DNA of 64,000 bases, taken from Octopus sinensis (taxonomy: Eukaryota). Positions 1 to 10,400 of the stretch are shown in pieces (positions within the stretch are counted from its first letter, which is position 1; every line of letters begins with the position of its first letter). A program made the translations under genes and the position numbers. The stretch spans positions 97,216,001 to 97,280,000 of the forward strand of contig NC_042999.1 in the NCBI RefSeq assembly GCF_006345805.1, read 5' to 3'. The notes beneath the pieces are model-generated. The model ran no database searches. It was not told the DNA's origin and worked only from the letters and a program-made list of their open reading frames with translations.

Positions 1-89
1 TTCCACTTCACCACCTGGTTCATTCCTCTGCACACATACATGCCAAGTACAGAAACATATCCAGTTGTTTCAAACTAAGAAGGCCACCA

Positions 90-292
90 CCCCAGACAAT
101 TTTGCTTCTATTTTACAGAAATAATGTGTCCCACAGCTAACACCTATCCTCACCAAACCTTTTCATTTTTCTCTCCCTCAACAGAAGTATAACCCAATTA
201 CTGGAAACATACTATAGTGCATCACATTTCTAAAAAAAGGCAACCTCTCTCATCCTGCCAACTACCATTTTCTCACACACACTTCCACTATC
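90..292 (+). mobile_element. Degenerate CR1/Jockey-type RT fragment
   Basis: Remnant of LTPILTKLF...WKH...KKG...PANY. Confidence 0.55.
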
Positions 293-1365
293 AATAACAA
301 CTATGACACTTCATCACCTATTGTTGCTATGGCAATTATAAGTGGTCCTGAGTTCCAAGTTCCACCATAATAAGCTTTGCATATCATCCTTCCAGAGTCA
401 ATAAATAAAGTACTAGTTAAGGGCAGTGTACTAGCAGAATCCTATCCTGTCATAGGCTACTTGGGTGGCAAAATTAATCCATTACCTAAATCATTAGCTT
501 GTCTTTGGATGCCATTAACAGAGCCAAGCCTATAGCAAACATTCAAGTCAGGTCTCTGGTTAGAAGATACTATCCTCCCACCTCTATCTTACTTGTAACG
601 GGTCATAGCAACTGCCCTTCTTCCTAACTATGCATCATCATCATCCTTTAATATCTATTTTCCATTCTGTTTTCCATTCTGGCATGGGCCTGACAGGAGC
701 TGATGAACCAGAGGACTATGCCATGTTCCAACATCTGCTTTGGTATGGTTTCTATGATTTGATGCCTTTCCTAACACCAACCCCTTTAGAGTGTACTGGA
801 TGCTTTTTACATGGCAAATGCACAAGTGAAGTCACCAAGTAACTTGCAAAATAAGACCCCTCAAATGAGAGGTGTAACATTGAGGGAGATGGCTTTATAC
901 CAAATAAGAGGTTAAGGTATGATAGAGGGGTGTAAGTAGAAACATGTGTCTCGTGATAGAGGAGATACATAGCTGGTTCTGGAATGCATCAGAATATCAT
1001 CAGGAAGGTGAATATAAGAGAAGTGGCCCAGAGGATCCTACAGGGTAAACAGATAGTAAGACTGTAAGAGTTGAAAGGAGAGTGGCAGATAGACAGAGAC
1101 GGGGATAGCGGTGAATGCAATGATTGATGAAACTATAAAAAAATATATAAAAGAAACATAATACTCTCCATATATACATTCATTAAAAGATATATTCACA
1201 CATTACTATGCAACATAATTATGCACTAGACAGATACACATTAAAATACATACACACACACAGAACCAACAATCCACACTACACAGCTACAAATAACACC
1301 CAAAATTATATCAGCAAGACTGAATGAAAAACAGTTACGAAAGAAACTAGCAAAAGTGTACTAAC

Positions 1366-1452
1366 CAAAAAATTTGTGGATGGTGACATGGTGATGTGAT
1401 AATGGTATAACCTGTTGGCATTATTACTCTCTGAAACACATGGAATGATTTC
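1366..1452 (-). CDS. DROSHA: Drosha exon (EIIPCVSESNNANRLYHYHITMSPSTNFL)
   Basis: Conserved motif, 87 nt, phase 0-0. Confidence 0.93.
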
Positions 1453-4400
1453 CTGAAATGAAAGACAATATCAACATCATGATATCTCATTAACATAGCC
1501 ACAAAGAAACATTTATCAATTTGGTCATTTATACTCTTACAGTATTATAATTATACACAGATATACATGCCTTTATATTAAAGTACTGCACCATGCTATA
1601 CACTTCTATGTATGTAGACTACATACACTAAATATTATATAATGTCATATATAATGTAACACAACAAACCTCTTCTCCAGGGAATATATTGTGTCGAATT
1701 CCAGTCTTTCGTGCTTTTAGACTGCAACGACAGAGTGGTCCATCATTCATCTAAAATGATAAAAAATGTAACTTCAAATTTCTTTGACACCATGGCTTAC
1801 TGGAGATCAAATTAAAACTTACTAGTGCATTTCTCGTAAAAAGTTTAGAACATTTTTGAAGGTTAAAAATTTTAAAACAAATATAGAAAACTATTGCTTC
1901 CTGTCTTTTAGCAATTATACTTGTATATAAGAAAATTTCAATTAACATGCTTTTGAGGACTCTTCAGTGTTAGTATGGATTTTCATTATGTTTTATAAAA
2001 TCATATGTATAGGGTCTCCTTTGCAACATACTGTTTGAGTATTACTGCTGATAACTAATGCAATATTTCTCCGTCTGTGAGGATTGAAGTGGGAAGGGGA
2101 CAAATTGACATAACTACACAACTGTGCCCCACCCATAATTCTGACATTGTTTCCTCACAACTTTCTGAAAAATGGATATTTTTTTAATGATATTTTCTAC
2201 AAATACATATTGGAATTCAAACAAAGAAACCATGCCAAATCAGACAACTGGACTCTGGACAGCACCTGTCAAACTGTCCAACTCCTGCTAGCATGGAAAA
2301 ATGGACATTGAAGGACAATGAGATGACAAATTATCCAAAACTCCTTGTTCCCCACACACCTACACTCTGAATAAACTTTCACCAAAATCATTTAACGTCC
2401 GCTTTCCATGCAGGCATGGTTTGGATGGTTTGATTGAAAACTGATAAGCTGGTGGGCTGCACCAAGTTCCATTCTGATTTGACAAGGTTTCTACAGCTAG
2501 ATGCCCTTCTTAACTCCAACCACTCTGAAAGTGTAGTGGGTGCTTTTTGCATGCACCAGCATGGGTGCCATTGACCTGACACTGGCATTGGCCAGAACTA
2601 TGGTCTCGCTTGGCTTGACAAATCAACACAAGTACAGTATATCACCAAGGGTCTTCATCACTTGTCACTGCCTCCCTGAAGCCCAACATTCAAATGGTGC
2701 TTTTTACATGTAACTGGCACAGGTGCCAGTCAGAGAGTACTGGCATTGGCCATGACTACAATTTCACTCGGTTCAACAGATCTTCATGAACACAGCATAT
2801 CGCCCAACAATTGAAGGGTGCTTTTAACAGGCCAGTTATGCAACACTGGTATCAACTATGACTGTGATCTCACTTGGGTTGATACCACTGTCTCCATGAG
2901 GACCAACACACAAATGGTGGTTTTTACATGCCACCAGCATGGGTGACAAATATAGCATCAGTGCAGCTTCTCCCTGGCACAAACCCAAACTGCATCTCAT
3001 CTAAACTAACTCTCCCCCTAATTAGTTGGGTTATGACCCCCTCTGTAACTTTCATCACCAGATCTAATAATTTGATACCTCTGTAATTATTCCTATCTAA
3101 GGCATTACTTTAACTTTGTAAAAGTTGACTATGGTGCTGCTACACCAGTCATTGGGTTATGACTCCTTCATGTATCACCTGGCTGACTATATGGGTGACT
3201 AGATTATAGCCTACACTGTCAGATATTTTAAGCATCTCATCAGTGATTCCTGATGGGCCAAGGGCTTTCCTTGTCTTCATATCCTTGCTTTATCTACCAA
3301 GGTACTGTTAATTCGAATAGCTGGTCCCTCAGTTGGGTCAACATTTAGCAGACTCTCTCTCATTCATTCTCTTCATTTAGTAACCTTGTATAGTGGTGTC
3401 TCGAAGTCTCTTTCTTTGCAGCAGCATTAAATGCAAGTGAGCCATCATCCATGCACACACACACTTCTCTCCTATGAAATCATGATCTTCTCTCACACAC
3501 TGTCTTGCAATTCAAAACACTTCAAGTCTCTGGTCCTCAGGATACAGAACATTGGCAAATCTCTTCTTTTCTGCTTCCTCTCTGGCTAAGTAAATCTGTC
3601 TCCTAACTTCTCTTCTGGCTATCTGATACAATTCTCTGCTACCACCACACTTCCAGTTCTTCCAGGCCTGCTTCTTGTCCTTAATGGCCTTGTCAACTAC
3701 ACTGTTCCACCACTATGTTACCTTAGGTCGAGAGGGGACTTTGCACCAGTTACAGATCTGGTCAATAGCCCTCAACAGGTTGTCCCGTAGGAACCTCCAT
3801 GTTGTGTGACACTATATCTTCCTCTATTTTGTCAAAAGCTTCAAGTAATACATCTTTAAATCTCTGTCCATTCAGAGGATATAACCGTAACCTACACAAT
3901 CTGAAATGTATTTGCAGAAAATTTCATGAAAAAATATCCTTTTTTCAGAATGTTAAGTGGAAACAAAGATAAAGCAAGCACATACTATAGTTATGCTGAC
4001 AAATTACCTTGTTTAATAAAATCAAGGCTTTAAACTTTTTAAACTTGTACAACACTATAGCAAGGAGTGAAGAATTGTACCGATGCAAACTCTCGCTGAT
4101 AAAAGGAGAACAAGCAAAAAATTTCACTTATATTTTTGGATGAACTAGTACTTGTCAGTTTGAGAAGAGATAAGTAAATCCTCGAGAAAGTATGAGTTAC
4201 TTCCCTTGTGAGCTGAGCCCTTTAATACTTACTTCTCCTGGATCATTGTACCATAATTCTTCATGTAATCGATATGGATGACGCTTTTTACGGTTCAATT
4301 CCTCTAGCCACTCATTGGTCGTCTCTTCAGAACCACTGTCATCAGTATCATCAGAATCATCGGTAGAATCGTCTGCAGAAACAGAAGTAAAGGAAGTAAA

Positions 4401-7400
4401 TATTTGTCCTGCTAATGCTCAATGTCCCATCGTTATTTGGTGGGATTCGGGGCTGTCAGAGAAACAAACTTTTCTTACCGACTGAACAATGTCTGTTTGT
4501 ATGAAAAGTCCAAGTCGTCACCTCACTGGCTGGAAAATGGCGAAAAAGGCAAACAAATATAAATACACAACTATCAAATATAACTTTCATCAATTTGAAA
4601 CAAATGGAAACACAATACCATTACTGTCATCATAATCTTCTTTATACTTAGTTACGGCATGAGCAGACCAGAGTTGGAATATTCTTCTCTAGTGAATACT
4701 ATTCTAAAACTCCGCTTTGTGTAATCAATCCAAATAACCTTCTTTACAGTGACTCAATCCTTTAATAACCATCTGCAAACATTATCATTTGGTTTCTGAA
4801 GTCTTATGGACAGCTGCAACAAGCTGAACTAAGCCTGTTGGTTGAAGGATCAACACTTTACATTCTACGACGACACTTGAACTTCTAATCACCAACTACA
4901 TAGACATTTGTACTTCTAGTCAATGCGGGAACCTCTATGTCTTTGATCTGTTAAAAACAGCAGCCAAATCTCCATCAGTTCGTGCCCTACAACTTTTAAA
5001 AAAGAGGAAGGACATCATCATCATCATTTAACGTCCGTTTTCCATGCTAGCATGGGTTGGACGGTTCGACTGGGGTCTGGGAAGCCAGGAGGCTGCACCA
5101 GGCTCCAGTCTGATTGGGTAGTGTTTCTACAGCTGGATGCCCTTCCTAATGCCAACCACTCCGTGAGTGTAGTGGGTGCTTTTTACGTGCCACCAGCACA
5201 GGTGCCAGGGAAGGCTGGCAGCAGCCACGATCAGTTGGTGCTTTTTACATGCCACCAGTACATAAATTGGATAATATAGTACTAAGTGAATTATGTCTGA
5301 AAAGAGAGAGTACTGATGGTTTGAATGCCTTTGATAATATCTCTGCTCAATCAGGGCACCTGGTTCGACATCAGCAACAGCAATACTTGATCTCAACATC
5401 TCAGTTCACCTAGCTGTAAATAAACACTAAGTGGGATTACTGCTTAAAATGAGTGACACTATACCTTAATGCATTTTGCTTGCTTGAAATGTTGGGCTTA
5501 AACCCTTTATGAGTCTAAAGCTATAAATCTATAAGTTATAATATATAAAACAAGCAAAAGGAAAATCAAATAAGCTAATGGCATGAATTTGGATAAATAA
5601 AGGGTGATGTAGTGAATGGTATAAGCAAACAATTCCTAAGTCAAATGTTTGAGTTGGAGAAAGAAAGCAAAAACCTAGTGGCAGATGTTAATGACCCTCA
5701 AAGAAAAAGGGTGATAAATTTCAAGAAAATTAATTACTCTTACAAAGTTAATATACATCGTTAGAGGAAGGAAAGTCTGATATTTACAGGATACCTTTCA
5801 CTCTGTTAAACCTAGACAGTATAGTATTATCTACCCAAGCCTAACTGCTCAGCTGACCAAGATTTTAACATATGGAAAAAATATAATGAATAATTTTCGG
5901 CAAATATAATTTGCATAAAAAATAAAGATTCGGTTTGAAAAAAGACAGGTTCCACTAAACTAATTTTCTTAGAAACACAACATGAAAACTATAAGCCAGT
6001 AAGACAGCCTCTACTTGGTTGTTCTACCTGCTAGAAATAGTAACTAAATTTCTTTCAAATCACATTCTACTATCTTAGAAGAGGACAATCTAGATGATGA
6101 GGTCTCACCGGTCTGGAACCCCTATCTTGCCCAGGACATCAATCGTCTGGAAGCTGTTCAGCGACGTGCAACCAAAAGAATACCCTCCATCAGGCATTTG
6201 CCATATCCTGAACGCCTTACTTCCCTGGGCATGGACACATTGAAACTCCGACGTCTGGCAGCTGACTTGGCAGACACCCATAAAATTATCAACCATCGCA
6301 CAAACAATAATTCTGAGCACCTCTTCAAACTCCACCCATCTAACACCCGTGGACATATTTACAAAGTAAGAAAAGAGCACAGCTTCCATGACTTCAGGAA
6401 ACATTTTTTCACGCTGAGAGTTGCTGAAGCGTGGAACAAACTGCCGGCATCGGTTGTTAGTTGTCGGAGCACTGCATCCTTCAAAACTTCCATGCTTTCT
6501 GAGATTCGCCAACACTACACTTGATACACACACAAGCATGTTCACTTTCCAGACATTTCTACATTACTGCATGTACTTTATATGCACTTTCTGACAAGTT
6601 GTGGTGCACCTGAGCACTGTATACAATAATTTCATTATTATTATTATTATTATTATAGTGCACTGATGATGATGATGATGGTGGTGACAATGATGATGAT
6701 GAAGATGATGATAATGATATTTTGACTAAATACAAGCACAATTTTATCAGGTGAGGGTATAATTGATAGAATCTACCATCAGTACATTGGTGGATGATGT
6801 AAAATACCAGAGTGAATAAGGTATAGGACCACAGACTAACATAGGCACTTCAACTACTGGCAAGATATTTTGTTGTACTGACACCAATTCTCCTATCAGT
6901 GCAGGAAAAGGTACCAGGGTTTCTATGTTTCTTTTAGTAAACTAACTCTCTAACAAGAGGAAGTTTCATCTCTCAAACACTTGATGCTACAAGTTGTAAG
7001 AGTAATGCTAGATACTTGCAATTTACAAAAGGATAAATTAATTAAATATTTAGTCCACAGACTTGTGTACTACAGCAGGAATTAAGTATACTTAATATAC
7101 AATAAAACACAATAGAACAATACAATAAAACACACAGACATGTTTTCACAGATTGCATCTTCAATTTGACATACACCATATTCCAAAGAATATGAAATAT
7201 ACATTGTGCATGCAGGACATATGATAACTAAAGTGAAATAACTAACAAAAATATATTGCAAACATGGCGTTCAGGAACACCATTCTACTGAACAAATGCC
7301 ATTGCTGAGACAAAGTGTTTGGCAATCTGAGTTTATATGATATTAAGTCTTTCATGCAATTCTTTTTTGTTGCTGAGAATATGAAAATATGCATGCATAT

Positions 7401-10400
7401 GAAGAGCTGTGTATATGTATATTTGATAAGCAATCATGTTCTTATTACTAATACTATGTTATTATTATTAATGTATTGACTAAGCTCTTTCTCTAGTTAA
7501 CATCCATTTTTCTATGTATGAATGAGTGGGATGTTCTTTTGCTAGAGCAACTATTTCTACAAATGGATGTCCTTCCTGCAGTTACCCATAAGCCCTGAAG
7601 AATGAAACATTTCTTATTATTGTTGTAAGCCCCATGTTGACCTATGATAAAAAGCATCCCAGTCCTAACCATCTCGTTATTTTGAGTTTTTTCTTCAGAC
7701 ATGATGCAGCTAAGACTATGTACTCCAAAGTGGCCTTCTATTTCTTTTTTGACAAAAGAAATTTGACTACTATTTCTAGTAGGCTGGGCAAGTGTATAGA
7801 GGATACATGGAACAAAGCATGAGCTTCCTTTATTAGCTCATATTTTGTTCACAAAGTAAACTGGAACAAGCAGAATTAAGTGATTTGTTCAGGAGCACAA
7901 CAACTTAACTCTACAACTAATACACCTTTTGAACAGCATGTGTATTACTGTCAGTTGATAACTATTAACTGTTTCTATATATAAGGAACGGCCATAATAG
8001 GCCATTCACCCACTAGAAATAACAGCCAAAGCTTCTACCGCAAATAAAGATTAATTCTGTAAACAGGAGAAAATTAAAAAAACATTTACCCTGTAATTTC
8101 TTGTACGGTATACCGTTTCATCCGCTGTTTAATGGTAAACTAACCTATGGCCGTTCCTTAATTGTTAATGTTGAACTTAAAAATGGTCTATGACTATTTA
8201 ATTTTTTCCCACTGGGCCGCTGGTGGCAATAAAATTCTACAAAATTTTCCTTGCCACCCTATATGATTAATTATGAATTTTTTGGTTAATTCCGTAATGG
8301 AATCGACGGCTGATATTTATTTGCTGCCGATAAATTTGGCGCGAGTGCGACGATTTGAAAATTTTAGGTCAGATATTGCCTTGGCAAGATTGGGTATGCC
8401 TCGTGTAAATATCTGTTCCGACTTGAGCTATTTCTTGCTGAAGAATCCGAGGGCTTATGGAAGATTGGCTTGATTTAATTTAATCAGGTTAGTTTACCAT
8501 TAAACAGCGGATGAAACGGTATACCGTACAAGAAATTACAGGGTAAATGTTTTTTTAATTTTCTCCTGTTTACGGAATTAATCTTTATTTGCGGTAGAAG
8601 CTTTGGCTGTTATTTCTAGTGGGTGAATGGCCTATTATGGCCGTTCCTTAATTGTTAATGTTGAACTTAAAAATGGTCTATGACTATTTAATTTTTTCCC
8701 ACTGGGCCGCTGGTGGCAATAAAATTCTACAAAATTTTCCTTGCCACCCTATATTGATTAATTATGAATTTTTTGGTTAATTCCGTAATGGAATCGACGG
8801 CTGATATTTATTTGCTGCCGATAAATTTGGCGCGAGTGCGACGATTTGAAAATTTTAGGTCAGATATTGCCTTGGCAAGATTGGGTATGCCTCGTGTAAA
8901 TATCTGTTCCGACTTGAGCTATTTCTTGCTGAAGAATCCGAGGGCTTATGGAAGATTGGCTTGATTTAATTTAATCAGGTTAGTTTACCATTAAACAGCG
9001 GATGAAACGGTTATACCGTACAAGAAATTACAGGGTAAATGTTTTTTTAATTTTCTCCTGTTTACGGAATTAATCTTTATTTGCGGTAGAAGCTTTGGCT
9101 GTTATTTCTAGTGGGTGAATGGCCTATTATGGCCGTTCCTTAATTGTTAATGTTGAACTTAAAAATGGTCTATGACTATTTAATTTTTTCCCACTGGGCC
9201 GCTGGTGGCAATAAAATTCTACAAAATTTTCCTTGCCACCCTATATTGATTAATTATGAATTTTTTGGTTAATTCCGTAATGGAATCGACGGCTGATATT
9301 TATTTGCTGCCGATAAATTTGGCGCGAGTGCGACGATTTGAAAATTTTAGGTCAGATATTGCCTTGGCAAGATTGGGTATGCCTCGTGTAAATATCTGTT
9401 CCGACTTGAGCTATTTCTTGCTGAAGAATCCGAGGGCTTATGGAAGATTGGCTTGATTTAATTTAATCAGGTTAGTTTACCATTAAACAGCGGATGAAAC
9501 GGTATACCGTACAAGAAATTACAGGGTAAATGTTTTTTTAATTTTCTCCTGTTTACGGAATTAATCTTTATTTGCGGTAGAAGCTTTGGCTGTTATTTCT
9601 AGTGGTGAATGGCCTATTATGGCCGTTCCTTAATTGTTAATGTTGAACTTAAAAATGGTCAATGACTATTTAATTTTTTCCACTGGGCCGCTGGTGGCAA
9701 TAAAATTCTACAAAATTTTCCTTGCCACCCTATATTGATTAATTATGAATTTTTTGGTTAATTCCGTAATGGAATCGACGGCTGATATTTATTTGCTGCC
9801 GATAAATTTGGCGCGAGTGCGACGATTTGAAAATTTTAGGTCAGATATTGCCTTGGCAAGATTGGGTATGCCTCGTGTAAATATCTGTTCCGACTTGAGC
9901 TATTTCTTGCTGAAGAATCCGAGGGCTTATGGAAGATTGGCTTGATTTAATTTAATCAGGTTAGTTTACCATTAAACAGCGGATGAAACGGTATACCGTA
10001 CAAGAAATTACAGGGTAAATTTTTTTTAATTTTCTCTGTTTACGGAATTAATCTTTATTTGCGGTAGAAGCTTTGGCTGTTATTTCTAGTGGGTGAATGG
10101 CCTATTATGCCGTTCCTTAATTGTTAATGTTGAACTTAAAAATGGTCTATGACTATTTAATTTTTTCCCACTGGGCCGCTGGTGGCAATAAAATTCTACA
10201 AAATTTTCCTTGCCACCCTATATTGATTAATTATGAATGTTTCTATATATAGATATCCTTCATTTAGTTAACTATTAAACTATGAAGTAGGAGTGAAACT
10301 ATTGGATTGGAGCATAATTATTGTGGCTTTTTTTCAACAAATTTTATTCAACAAAAACAATAACAATATTTAACAAAAACATCTTTAAATGACGGTCTGA

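Larger units (their letters stand above)
8146..10238 (+). repeat. Tandem repeat, period ~490 bp, ~4.3 copies
   Basis: Near-identical units; differences are mostly single-base indels. Confidence 0.98.
7970..10251 (+). mobile_element. Retrozyme-like / Penelope-associated insertion: 165-bp inverted segment plus ~4.3 tandem ~490-bp hammerhead-containing units, 14-bp TSD
   Basis: TGTTTCTATATATA at 7970-7983 and 10238-10251. 7982-8146 is the reverse complement of 8486-8650 (1 mismatch). Units start at 8146, 8636, 9128, 9618 and 10106 (partial). Confidence 0.85.

Noticed and set aside
8273-9945. Four identical 66-aa ORFs (MNFLVNSVMES...)
   Set aside because: By-product of the tandem repeat. There is no recognisable domain and it overlaps the ribozyme core, so RNA structure explains the sequence better.
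8146-10238. CRISPR array or plain satellite interpretation
   Set aside because: Eukaryotic context, no unique spacers; the TSD, inversion and ribozyme indicate a retroposed element.
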